Shown: one piece after another, positions 51,175 to 63,813 of the stretch
Position numbering within the stretch: the first letter of the stretch is position 1
Layout of the letters: every line of letters begins with the position of its first letter
Assembly (NCBI RefSeq): GCF_030684315.1
Contig: NC_081362.1
Coordinates: forward strand, 14,254,589 to 14,318,588
Source: Stegostoma tigrinum
Lineage: Eukaryota
Direction: 5' to 3'
Length of the DNA stretch: 64,000 nucleotides
Position numbers and translations under genes: made by a program
The notes under the pieces: model-generated
Seen by the model: only the letters and a program-made list of their open reading frames with translations
What the model was told of the DNA's origin: nothing
Database searches by the model: none

Positions 51175-52059
51175 TGGAACAATTCAAATTGGGGATGCTC
51201 AAGGAACCAGAAATAGAGGAGCACAGAAATTGAATGTAGGACTAATGGGGTTTATTGTAAAATAATGAATAATGCATTGGTTTATTGGGTTTCCTTAGCC
51301 AAAGTCTTTCAACCAAAAGTTACAAATTCTATAAATTCTGGCAAATTTCAAAGTCCGGTTTTCTGCAGCAACAGAAATAAATGCAATGCCATATCAACAA
51401 TTGTAATTATATTCCCACAAAACTAAATTAGAGATTTTATGTAATCTTTATAAATCAAAGTTCAAAAAGGAAAGCTTTAATTTTAAATATGTATATGTCG
51501 GTGTCCTCTTCAGTTTATATGTTTTTACTGTTGCTGCCAAATTCAATCTGAAAATCCACCCTGCAGTGTTAGCAAGGCACTTTCACCAGCAGGCTGTCAT
51601 GCCTCTTAAGTACTCAGAGTAGAATTTCAGTCGTTAGCCTGAGCATAAACAAGATAGAAAATCATTGCCCAGTTAGTGTGTAACTCTGATACCTGAAAAC
51701 AGCTTATGTTACCTTTATGTAAAACTGTTCCTTTGATTATTCTGTTTAGACTTTGAGTGCCGATAAGAAATACATTTTTCGCATCATATGAAAAGTTGCA
51801 TCGGTATCTTATTTAAAGAATAAGGTGAAGACACAGATGTTCAGCTGAGCTGTTGTTTTGTATCATTGGGTTGCTAACTAGTACGATTGCTAAAAGCTAT
51901 TAACACTGCTTGGGTCAGATCTTGCGCCTACTTTCCATAATGTGTGTTCACTCAATTGTGCTATGTTAATAGTAGCTCTCTAAAATTGGTATGCTCCATA
52001 CTGAGCAGGCTCCTGTCAGGTAATAAAAGTTTAAATCTGTTCATCTATCAGTCATGTGG

Positions 52060-53880
52060 AATACTTCATCCTGGATGGTGTCAACCTTCTTGAGTGTTGT
52101 CAGAGATACACTGATATTGCAAAGTGCAAAGTAATCCATTACACTCCTAAATTCTGTCTTGTAAGTGGTGGCCATACTCAGAGGACGTAGGTAGGTTACC
52201 CACTGCAGAATTCCCAGCCTCTAACCAGCTCTTGTAGGCACAGTATTTTTACATGCTAGTCCCATTCAGTTACTGGTTTATGGATGTTGTTAGTGCAGAT
52301 TTCTGTGATGGTAATACCATTGTCAAGGGAGCAGTGGAGATTGTCATTACTTGCCACTTGTGTGGCATGAATGCCACATATCAGCCTGAGCTGAATTTAC
52401 CTCGAGCTTGCAGCATTTGAATATGGACTATTTTAGTATGTCAATTCCTGTGGGTTGTGCTGAGCATTCTTCAATCATTGGCAAACATCGTGCTTCTGAC
52501 CTTATGGTGAAGGGAAGGCCATTGATGAAGCAGCTGAAGATAGTTGGGCTTAGGATGCTACTCTGAGAAACTCCTGTTGAAATGTCCTGTTCTAAGACAG
52601 TTGACCTCTAACAACCACAATTGTATGCCTCTGTGCTGGACACGACTCCAGCCAGCCAAGAGATTTCCCCAAATCCAATTAACTCCAGTTTTGCTGGGCA
52701 TCCTTGATGTCACATTCGATCAAAATCTGCCTTGATATCATGTACAGTCACTCACATTTTTCCCTTTCAGTTCAGCTCTTCTGCCCAATTTTGGAACAAG
52801 ACTGGGGTCAGGAGCTGTAGCCCTGCTGGAACTCAAGTTGACCATCAGTATTCAGGTTACTGTTGAGTAAGTGCTACTTGATAGCACTATCAAAAACGCC
52901 ATCTATCACTTTGTTGATAATTGAGAGTAGACTGATAGAACAGTAGTTAGCTGGGTTTGATCTGTCTTTCTTTTTATAGACAGGACACACCTGAGGAATT
53001 TTCTGCGTTGCACAGTCGATGTTTGTATTGTAACTACTGGAACAGTTTGGCTAGGAACGCAGCTAATTCGAAAGCACAAATCTTCAGTACTAGTGACAAA
53101 ATGTTGTCAGGGCCCATAGACTTTGCATTGTCCTGTGAATGCAACCGTTGTTTTTAGCACATGGTGTGAGTCAAATTGGTTGAACGCTAGTAACTGTGAT
53201 GCTGAGGCTTTCAGGAGAAAGCCAAGATGAATCATCCACTCGGCACTTCTGGCTGAATATGCTTACAAATGCTGCAGCCTTATCTTTTATGTTGGGCAAC
53301 CCCTTCACTGAGGATGGAGATATTTGTAGAGCTTTCTCCAGTGAGTCCATTGTCCACTACCAGTGACGGCAGTATTAGATGTGGCAGTACTGCAGAGCTT
53401 AGATCTGATCTGTTGGTTTTGAGAATCACCTAATTATGCACTTCACATGCTGCTTGGAAATCAAATAATCCTGTGTTGCAGCTTCATCAGATTGCCACCT
53501 CATTTTTAGGTATAGTTGGTGCTGTTCCTGGAGTGGACTCCTTGAACAAGGGTTCATCCCGGACTTATTAGAGTGAGAAGTATGCCAGGCCGTGAAGTTA
53601 CAGATAATTGGTGGCCCAGAGCACCTCATGGTTGCCCAGTGTTGAGCTGCTAGATCTGATCAAAATCTGTCTGATTGTGCCATGCAACATGATAGTGGTT
53701 ATTCTCAGTGTGAAGGAAGGACTTCATCTCCATAAGGATTATGTGATGCTGGGGACTTCAAGAGGAAGCCAAGATGAATAATCCACTCGGCACTTCTGGC
53801 TGAAGGTGCTTACAGAAGTTTCAGCCTTACCTTTTATGTTGGGCAACCCCATCACTGAGAATCACTCTACCAATACCAGT
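52060..53880 (-). mobile_element. CR1/L2-group LINE family B, longer decayed ORF2 fragment
   Basis: Colinear with the other family B copies (ttctgaccttatggtgaagggaaggccattgatgaagcagctgaagat). Minus-strand DIKADFDRM and LIVLSST occur upstream. Confidence 0.75.
53742..53859 (+). repeat. 118-bp local direct duplication of 53195-53312
   Basis: Shared tracts aagccaagatgaa..atccactcggcacttctggctgaa and cttttatgttgggcaacccc.tcactgag. Confidence 0.85.
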
Positions 53881-55109
53881 CTATCAAAAGAAGTAAACAA
53901 ATTAGTTTCACCAGTTAGAAAGTAGTTGTACCTGGGCAGTCAACAGGAATAGTCAGAGCAATTTGTGTTTTTGTACTGTTTTTCAAATTATCAATGTTGT
54001 ATTCTTCTGTGAAACTGCACCCAAAGCATGCAAGAATGGAATGTGATATCAATAAGAAATTACAAGCTGTTACTGTAAACAACTAAATGAAGAAGTGTCT
54101 CTTTATCATTTGTGTAAGTCCTTGATATTTTTCCCTCTTCGTTTCGGTAGATTATATGTAACTGATAAGCACCAGATTTCTGAAACTCTTTCAATAGACT
54201 TTCTAAAGACTGATTATGTGATAACTCTGCAAACAGTCAGGTAGCAAAGATTTCTAGAAGACCCCAAAGCTGGGTTTTCCTTCCGTATGGATTTTGTCTT
54301 TCTTTTCATGAACATCTCCTGCCCACCACATCCATCTCAGAAGTTAATCATAACTTAACATGACAGCTGTAAAGGACTGGCACTGGAGAAAACCATGGTT
54401 AGACTTTAAACAGAAACAAGTATTATTGTAATAATCTTTGCAATTCTCAAAAAACAAGTCTAGCAAATAATTGCTTCCCTCTGAAGTTGTAGAGGTAGGG
54501 GCCTCCCACCTATATGAAAACAAAATTGAATATTACGCAGTTACAAGGTATACAACACTTATTCATGTTAAGTTGATGTCTACAGCCAATAAAATCTTCT
54601 AATGTGCACAATGTTGACTTGACATCTTGATCGTTCTAATTCATGCCTTTCATCAGGAAATGATACAGGATGACAAAGACTCCTCTTAAACAGAATTCAC
54701 TTAGAATAACAGAGTGGACTTTGACATAATTTTCTTTTAATCTTTGCAGTAATCTAAAGAACAGTCCAGTAAATTATTTCTACTCCAATTTAAAATGTAG
54801 ATAATGCATTCAAAGTATTGAATAAAACCAGTGTCTCCAGAGGCTTAGAATAAGCTGTTGCATTGTCACAGACATTTGCAGTTTCCTGGAAAAAGACTTT
54901 CCTGCCAAGGAGATCAATTGGGCACCAATTACCCTGTATCTGTCAGTGTCACTGCTGACCTCACCTTCTTTGCTACTGACCTGTGTCATATCTCAAAATG
55001 TGCCAATAATTGCATCAGACAGGTGACTGATACCATGATTGCCAGGATGATTTTTTTTCACTTTGGTAGTGTATCCAAGGAGTGTATGACCTCATTGGAG
55101 GAGTGTTTT

Positions 55110-55680
55110 TAGACCATAAGACGTAGCAGTGGAAGTAAGGTCATTCGGCCCATCAAATCTACTCCGCCATTTAAATCATGACTGATGGGCATTTTAACTC
55201 CACTTCCCTGCACTCTCCCCACAGCCCTTGATTCCTTGTGAGATCAAGAATTTGTCGATCTCTGCCTTGAAGGCATCTAACATCCCGGCCTCCACTGCAA
55301 TCCATGGCAATGAATTCCACAAGTCCACCATCTCTGGCTGAAGAAATGTCATCTCATTTCCATTTTAAATTTACCCCCTCTAATTTTAAGGCTGTGCCCA
55401 TGGGTCCTAGTCTCCCTGCCTAACGGAAAAACTTCCCAGTGTCCACCCCTTCTAAGTCATTCATTATCTTCTAAGTTTCTATTAGATCTCCCCTCAACCT
55501 TCTAAACTCTAAGTGAGCACAATCCCAGGATCCTTATCTGTTCATCATTCGTTAAACCTACCATTCCAGGGATCATTCATGTGAATCTCCGCTGGACACG
55601 CTCCAGGGCTAGTATGTCCTTCCTGAGGTATGGGGCCCAAAATTGGACACAGTATTTTAAATGGGGCCTAACTAGAGCTT
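55110..55680 (-). mobile_element. CR1-clade LINE 3' fragment
   Basis: Minus-strand [34 protein letters not shown] plus the CR1 3' UTR. Confidence 0.9.
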
Positions 55681-55800
55681 TGGGGTATTGCAAAGATGAT
55701 TACAGTAATACTTGTTTCTGTTTAAAGTCTAACCATGGTTTTCTCCAGTGCCAGCCCTTTGCAACTGTCATGGAAACCTCTAGTTTATTACTTCTCCTAG

Positions 55801-55986
55801 GTGTGTGTTCTCTTCCTTTTATGTGGAAAAGAAGACACCTATGATGGGAAATTGGGTGGACATCTGTTGAGGGTTGCTACGTCGGGCATGTTTGACACTG
55901 GATAAAGTTATGAATGAGTATCCACTGTTGAATCCACGATGGGAACGTGAGGAAGTACATCGGAAGACAATGGATGCACCTGCAAG
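55801..55986 (+). other. Candidate spliced exon of an unidentified gene
   Basis: Acceptor ttacttctcctag and consensus donor AAG|GTAAGT. All frames are closed from the acceptor, but an ATG at 55910 opens MNEYPLLNPRWEREEVHRKTMDAPA through the donor. Confidence 0.4.
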
Positions 55987-56094
55987 GTAAGTTAGATCGA
56001 GGAGTGCTATGCTGGTTCAACTTGGAATTGCAAAAGGAAGAGGGAGTTGTGCTAATACATACTGCAGGATATACTTGATTGTGCCATGACTGCC

Positions 56095-56310
56095 ACCTTG
56101 CCTGACCTGGTTAGGTCATTAAACTCTTCTGGCATCATTTCTTGCGAAGTGTGGCACTACCTTCCTGTTGTTAATCTGGCCTGCAGTCTCCAGCCAAGCT
56201 TCCTTGCGCTGAGAGTCAGGCAGGTTTCTCTCAACAGCAGTGAAGAAAATCTCTAACGTTTACAGCACCACGTCAGGTCTATGGAGACATCTGTGAAGAG
56301 CACTCATGTG
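56095..56310 (-). mobile_element. Possible PIF/Harbinger Myb/SANT-domain remnant
   Basis: Decayed minus-strand RKEAWLETA...RTSQ..CQK.FNDLTR resembles the Myb/SANT helix motif (W..IA.....R...QCRK.FNDL). Confidence 0.4.
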
Positions 56311-57581
56311 AGAATCTGTGTTCTGACACGAAGACGGTCTTTCAGCTATCATCTTTGCAGTGTTTCTGTAAATAATTCAACTCAGCTTAATTGTCATTAT
56401 GCTTGTTTATTTGAAGTGTTGGGAAAGGCAGAAATTAGATTGTAATGCAATTCTGTGCTACAAAGCAAAATGACAAATGCATTGCTGAAATTTGGGGAAG
56501 AATTTCATCAACTCCTGGTGACACTGCTGAGGTCCGGCAACTTCCAGCCAATCTGAGATGGGACTTCCTGCCCTACCCGGATCTGGGCAGAAATCTGTCT
56601 TGCAGCCAATGAACACCCCTCAGAGCGTGGTCTCTCCTGGACTGGGGCAAGTTTTAGGGGAAGGTGATATCCTGCGTTTTTGGGTTTCCCCACATGTGAC
56701 CAAACCCTCCGCTGCTGAGAACAATTCAAAATGTTACAATTTCTCCCTATGATGCTGGAAAGCCTGTACTGTTTACTTTAAAAGTGCCAAAATGTTAATA
56801 CAACTTTTGTCTTGCGACATCATTCCTAAGCAAACATTCAAACTTGTTTAGCTCTACTGCCACACCGCTAAAGATGTAACATCTCAAAAGAGGCTGTCAC
56901 CCCATTGTTTTGGCCAGTGAAGAGAGGACACCTTTAAGAAGAAAAGGAAACAGCAAAGCAGTTGTGAAAAAATAAACAGCAATAGTACATTCATTGTTCA
57001 AAAACAAATATAAACCAAAACCTAAGGAAACTTCTATGTTAGGCAATCAGGATGGCGGTCAAGTAGGGCTCATCCTCTCCAACTACTTTTATTTTTATCT
57101 AACTTTTGTCTTGAGCACAGACGGCATCAATGGCAGTAAGAAACCCCAGTACAAACTCAAGTGGGCCCAGCACAGACCCTGAGGCAGCAGCGAGTGAGCC
57201 TGAGACCTGGCATCAGAATGCCCATCTCCTGCTACCGGTGCACAACACAGCACCTACATTTATGTTACAACTGCTCTCAGCAACAGATCTTATTCACATT
57301 TAACTTGTACTATTACATATAGTCAAATAGGTAATCATTATACATCACATGATATTTGCCAAAGTCGCAGAAAATTGATCTTTCTACCTGTTATGATTAA
57401 TGATAAGCTCTTTATATGATTCACATTCTTTAACCAACTTTACTATTTATTTTGCTGATTTGTTACATAATGTAATTTGCATGTGAAGACCAAAGTGTTT
57501 CATCATGCATATTGGATTCAGGTAACAGGCTGTTGAAAGAACCATGTGAAGATCTGCAGAAAGGCAATCCAAACGAACCAT

Positions 57582-60374
57582 GATAATAAAGTGTGGAGCT
57601 GGATGAACACAGCAGGCCAAGCAGCATCTCAGGAGCACAAAAGCTGACGTTTCAGGCCTAGACCCTTCATCAGAAAGGGGGATGGGGTGAGGGTTCTGGA
57701 ATAAATAGGGAGAGAGGGGGAGGCGGACCGAAGATGGAGAGAAAAGAAGATAGGTGGAGAGGAGAGTATAGGTGGGGAGGTAGGGAGGGGATAGGTCAGT
57801 CCAGGGAAGACGGACAGGTCAAGGAGGTGGGATGAGGTTAGTAGGTAGGAGATGGAGGTGCGGCTTGGGGTGGGAGGAAGGGATGGGTGAGAGGAAGAAC
57901 AGGTTAGGAAGGCAGAGACAGGCTGGGCTGGTTTTGGGATGCAGTGGGTGGAGGGGAAGAGCTGGGCTGGTTGTGTGGTGCAGTGGGGTGAAGGGACAAA
58001 CTGGGCTGGTTTTGGGATGCGGTGGGGGAAGGGGAGATTTTGAAGCTGGTGAAGTCCACATTGATACCATTAGGCTGCAGAGTTCCCAAGCGGAATATGA
58101 GTTGCTGTTCCTGCAAGCTTCGGGTGGCATCATTGTGGCACTGCAGGAGGCCCATGATGGACATGTCATCTAAAGAATGGGAGGGGGAGTTGAAATGGTT
58201 CGCGACTGGGAGGTGCAGTTGTTTATTGCGAACCGAGTGAAGGTGTTCTGCAAAGCAGTCCCCAAGCCTCTGCTTGATTTCCCCAATGTAGAGGAAGCCA
58301 CACCGGGTACAATGGATACAGTATACCACATTGGCAGATGTGCAGGTGAACCTCTGCTCAATATGGAAAGTCATCTTGGGGCCTGGGATAGGGGTGAGGG
58401 AGGAGGTGTGGGGGCAAGTGTAGCACTTCCTGCGGTTGCAGGGGAAGGTGCCAGGTGTGGTGGGGTTGGAGGGCAGTGTGGAGCGAACAAGGGAGTCACG
58501 GAGAGAGTGGTCTCTCCGGAAAGCAGTCAAGGGTGGGAATGGAAAAATGTCTTGGGTGGTGGGGTCGGATTGTAGATGGCGGAAGTGTCGGAGGATGATG
58601 CGTTGTATCCGGAGGTTGGTGGGGTGGTGTGTGAGAACGAGGGGGATCCTCTTTGGGCGGTTGTGGTGGGGGCGGGGTGTGAGGGATGTGTTGCGGGAAA
58701 TGCGGGAGACGCAGTCAAGGGCGTTCTCGACCACTGTGGGGGGAAAGTTGAGGTCCTTGAAGAACTTGGACATCTGGGATGTGCAGGTGTGGAATGCCTC
58801 ATCCTGGGAGCAGATGCGGCGGAGGCAGAGGAATTGGGAATAGGAGATGGAATTTTTGCAGGAGGGTGGGTGGGAGGAGGTGTATTCTAGGTAGCTGTGG
58901 GAGTCGGTGGGCTTGAAATGGACATCAGTTACAAGCTGGTTGCCTGAGATGGAGACTGAGAGGTCCAGGAAGGTGAGGGATGTGCTGGAGATGGCCCAGG
59001 TGAACTGAAGGTTGGGGTGGAAGGTGTTGGTGAAGTGGATGAACTGTTCGAGCTCCTCTGGGGAGCAAGAGGCAGTGCCAATACAGTCATCAATGTAACG
59101 GAGGAAGAGGTGGGGTTTGGGGCCTGTGTATGTGCGGAAGAGGGACTGTTCCACGTAACCTACAAAGAGGCAGGCCCTTGATTGCGTCTCCCGCATTTCC
59201 CGCTAATGCCCTTGACTGCGTCTCCCGCATTTCCCGCTACACATCCCTCACACCCTGCCCCCGCCACAACCGCCCAAAGAGGATCCCCCTTGTTCTCACA
59301 CACCACCCCACCAACCTCCAGATACAATGCATCATCCTCCGACACTTCCGCCATCTACAATCCGACCCCACCACCCAAGACATTTTCCATCCCCACCCTT
59401 GTCTGCTTTCCGGAGAGACCACTCTCTCCGTGACTCCCTTGTTCGCTCCACACTGCCCTTCAACCCGACCACACCTGGCACCTTCCCCTGCAACCGCAGG
59501 AAATGCTACACTTGCCCCCAACACCACCTCCCTCACCCCTATCCCAGGCCCCAAGATGACTTTCCACATTAAGCAGAGGTTCACCTGCACATCTGCCAAT
59601 GTGGTAAACTGTATCCATTGTACCCGGTGTGGCTACCTCTACATTGGGGAAATCAAGCAGAGACTTGGGGACCACTTTGCAGAACACCTCCACTCGGTTC
59701 GCAATAAACAACTGCACCTCCCAGTCGCGAACCATTTCAACTCCCCCTCCCATTCTTTAGATGACATGTCCATCATGGGCCTCCTGCAGTGCCACAATGA
59801 TGCCACCCGAAGCTTGCAGGAACAGCAACTCATATTCCGCTTGCGAACCCTGCAGCCCAATGGTATCAATATGGACTTCACCAGCTTCAAAATCTCCCCT
59901 TCCCCCACCGCATCCCAAAACCAGCCCAGTTCGTCCCCTCCCCCCACTGCACCACACAACCAGCCCAGCTCTTCCCCCTCCCCCCACTGCATCCCAAAAC
60001 CAGCCCAGTCTGTCTCTGCCTCCCTAACCTGTTCTTCCTCTCACCCATCCCTTCCTCCCACCCCAAGACGCACCTCCATCTCCTACCTACTAACCTCATC
60101 CCACCTCCTTGACTTGTCCATCGTCCCTGGACTGACCTATCCCCTCCCTACCTATACTCTACTCTCCACCTATCTTCTTTTCTCTCCATCTTCGGTCCGC
60201 CTCCCCCTCTCTCCCTATTTATTCCAGAACCCTCACCCCATCCCCCTCTCTGATGAAGGGTCTAGGCCCGAAACGTCAGCTTTTGTGCTCCTGAGATGCT
60301 GTTTGGCCTGCTGTGTTCATCCAGCTCCATACTTTATTATCTTGGATTCTCCAGCATCTGCAGTTCCCATTATC
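57582..60374. mobile_element. Penelope-like retroelement (family A), tail-out inverted pair: minus arm 57582-59175, plus arm 59174-60374
   Basis: The minus arm encodes the RT catalytic motif LFLRYIDDCIG, the thumb, the CNRRKCYTC linker and GIY-YIG (VVYCIHCTRCGFLYIGE). The plus arm repeats linker, GIY-YIG and 3' end with frameshifts. TSD ccaaac(g/a)aacca at 57569-57580 and 60376-60387. Confidence 0.95.
60250..60277 (+). ncRNA. Minimal hammerhead-ribozyme-like motif in the PLE 3' terminal repeat
   Basis: CTGATGAAGGGTCTAGGCCCGAAACGTC, identical to 11656-11683. Confidence 0.65.
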
Positions 60375-63300
60375 ACCAAACAAACCACAGCTGTTTTGGG
60401 ATTAGGAAAGTTCCCACAAGAACACATGGCCACCCTCTCATGAATGCAGAAGTCTATATTGAATACAGGCCATATTTTAGAAAGGCAGCCAAGGAGAAAG
60501 ATATATTATTGCAAAGCTGTGCATACCCTCCCACATCATGTGGCATATCCTGCAGACCAGGAAAATGCTAAACTCTATTCCTCATTTGTGCTGAGTTGGA
60601 GGTCTTTATGCATGGTTGTACTGAGTAAGTACTATTTGCTTGATATGAAGTGATGATAAATGGTGAAAGCCTCCAGCGTTCCCTTACCAGATTGCTGTTC
60701 ACTGAGATCCTTTGCAAATTTTAGATATGTAGCTACTCCATGAAGACAATTGGGTACTGCAGTACCCTCTCAGAAAAATTGTTTTGCCTGTTGTGCAAAT
60801 GCTGATGAAAATTGCCTTCTAATTCAATCCAACTGAGTAATAGTGTAGAACAATTAAGTATAGGATAAAGTATAGATATTTTCTAAACAAAAATGGCATG
60901 AGCAATAGTTAGAGATTGAGGCAAAGTATGATGACCCTGATATTAACTTCTTTTCCTGAAGATTCATCTTTGCAAATTAATTATTTGGAGTTTCTGGGTG
61001 TGCACAGAGTAATGATTAATAAATTAATTTACAGAGAAAAATGTTTGAACTCAAGTGAAAGGACCTTGACATATTTTAAGATGTTGAATATCGAAATTGT
61101 TACAATCTTAATGTGTTTTCATCCAGTTCTGAGATTGTAGCACAACACTTAGCTGAATTTCACATTGAAGCCTTTGCTTTCAGCACTTGAGTTTTAAATT
61201 GTTATGGAAAATGTTAGTTGAAAGAGATTTAATTGATAAATTCAGTAACTTAAAAGAAATGATTGAAAAGGAACCAGTTGAAAAGACATAACTGCATAAA
61301 GCAGATCTGCTCCAAAATAAATGTCTTTAGAAAGAAAACAAGCAAAACATTTGAGTCTTTACTGTTATCAATATGCTGGCTCATTTTAATTCACTGTTTT
61401 TTTCAACCTACCATCTCCATGGTATTATACAACGTGAGAAGATCATCATTTTGTCAACCTGTGCTCTAGCACCAAATTCTGTAACATTTTTCTCAAGAGT
61501 TTTGAGTTATTAGAACATCTGTTCAAATTATAACTTTTTTTTATTATTCACTTCTGTTTGAGATGTCTGCTCCCTGATGTAAACTATGTGTTCATTGTCT
61601 AGGTACTTTCAGCTGTAACATTACCCACTGAATTCAAAAACAGGAGGGAATCTCTAGTTTACAGCTAGATAATAGACTTAAAAGTCAATTGCCCAAGTGG
61701 AATCCACCTTCCTAGTGTAAATAAATGGAAACAATGCACAGTTGACAAATCATGTTTAAAATAAACCAACTTCATAGCATTTGGAATTTTTCCGAAATGT
61801 TATACTTGATTCTGCAACTCACTGCACACCTGTTGTAGAATATCTCAATCAATAAAATGAAGATTACTTCTCTTTAAATAGTTTTTAGAAACCTGAAGCT
61901 AAAGTTTTTAGTTTTTTTTCCTGGATGGCAGTGGCAATTTTGGGTTGAAAATTTGGGCACTGCAGCAGCAAGGTCTCTGATAGTGTTCTGCCTGGCATCC
62001 TATTAAGAAACTATCTCCAGGATCTCCATTCAGTTGGGGATGGCAATTGGGCACCTAACAGAGCATTCACCAAGAGGGGTTAAACAAGAGGGATATGAGA
62101 GCAGACCAAACAGCTGGTAGCCACCTCACTCAAGAACTGACCCTACAATGGCAAGTCTCCACCTGTAAATTACTTTGGGTTTGCTGATTTGAAATTTGAA
62201 TGGGATTTTATTTTTGTGCCTCTCCAATCTCCCACTATTTACTCGCCTCTTGAGAGTTGACATTTGGACAAACTTAGGTGGTGGACTGGAAGGAGATACC
62301 CATGCACCAGTGGGAAAATGATTTCCTTGGGCAAAATGGCTATTAATTGAGGCACTAACCAGCTCAAATGGCTTCCTGCTGGATACTGACCGCTCTTTCA
62401 AGTCATTGCTGGGAAGAGCAGAAGAAGGTGGGGACACATTGATGTTCCTATTTAGCACTTTTTTTCTCTCATATTCTCCATCCTCTGCTACCTAACTCCA
62501 CCTCTAATAAATGAAGAAAATTCTTCATTGGATTTGGTTTAATTTGTATAACTTTAATAATCCAGAAATTACTAAATCCATTCATATCATTGCTTGTAAA
62601 CACTAATTGCCATGACCAGCTCTCTGAAGACAGATTAAAATGTCATACAATTACAATACAAAAAGCACAAAACACATTTGAAATAAACAAATGAACAGGA
62701 GGACTTGCTTTTTTTAAACCTTTTTCTATTTCAAAGGAAACCTTATCAATGTTAATTCCAATCACTAATTCAAGTTAAGATGTATCTTTATGCTTATTAC
62801 AAATTGTATATTTCATGGGTTCTTCTGTGCTTAATAGGCTTAATGATAGAGATATCTCTTATAGCATTGCTGTTGTAGGTTGTTCTGCAAGAGCCTAGGA
62901 GTCAAATTTCTTCATTTGCTTCTATTAATACCATTATAATCGGAACAGAATCAGCTGAGCTGGTACAGAGTTCAGCGAATTACAGATATGAGAGTTAATT
63001 CCAAGGCTGCAATTTGGTCTTTTTTTTCCCTGTCGCCTTTTCTGCCAGGTCAAATTCATTTAACCCACATCAAGCCCACTCAGAACCGGCCTCATTCTCA
63101 GATCAAAACTACAATTCAGGAATGGTCTTCAAATCGTTCTTATTTTCTCAGGCATACAGACAGCAGTACACCTGTTTTCAATGATTAAGATCAAGAATAT
63201 TTAATTTACTAAGAATTAATTATGCACTCATGAAACTAATATTTTTAGTCTTTTTCAGCTATTTTAAATGAAATTATTCATGTGGAAAACTGGACATTCT

Positions 63301-63658
63301 TATTAGAATTGTTTGTTAATGGTGATCAGCCCATTTTTTAGACATATGAATAAAGCTCATCAGGTTAAATTTCTTAACAAATTAAAGAGATTACCACTCT
63401 CTACTACATTTATGAGCACTGTTTTTAAGAGCTGAAGGGATAAAACACAGTTGTTAAGGGTACACTGGCCAATTGTGGTGATTTGTGAAAGATTTTGCAT
63501 CTGTAACTTAATTTAATTTTGAACTTGAAGCCTTACCTAACCAATTCAAGTTCAACAACGCATTGTGCCCAAAACAGTAATTCTTCAACCTCAATATCTT
63601 TAGAATTTAGATTGATTTGAAACAGTGAATTAATTCACCTTTTTGTGTAATTTTTCAG

Positions 63659-63813
63659 GTTCTCTTAATGGAAATCAAAGCACTGAAATGCCCACTGCTG
63701 TGGGAACTGTCCTTACAGATCACACTTCCCCACCACTGCCACATGCCACAAAAACCAAGGTCTCTGGGAAACTTCGTCACTCTGCCAGTTCATTAAGCAG
63801 ATCTTCACAGTGA
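63659..63813 (+). other. Weak candidate exon
   Basis: Acceptor tgtaatttttcag|G. One frame is open to TGA at 63811 (SLNGNQSTEMPTAVGTVLTDHTSPPLPHATKTKVSGKLRHSASSLSRSSQ). Product not recognised. Confidence 0.25.

Noticed and set aside
59130-60443. 437-aa plus-strand ORF
   Set aside because: It is a PLE plus arm with compensating frameshifts and read-through into the 3' UTR and flank, not a host protein.
62126-62458. 110-aa minus-strand ORF
   Set aside because: No homology recognised. It overlaps what looks like a decayed non-coding repeat.
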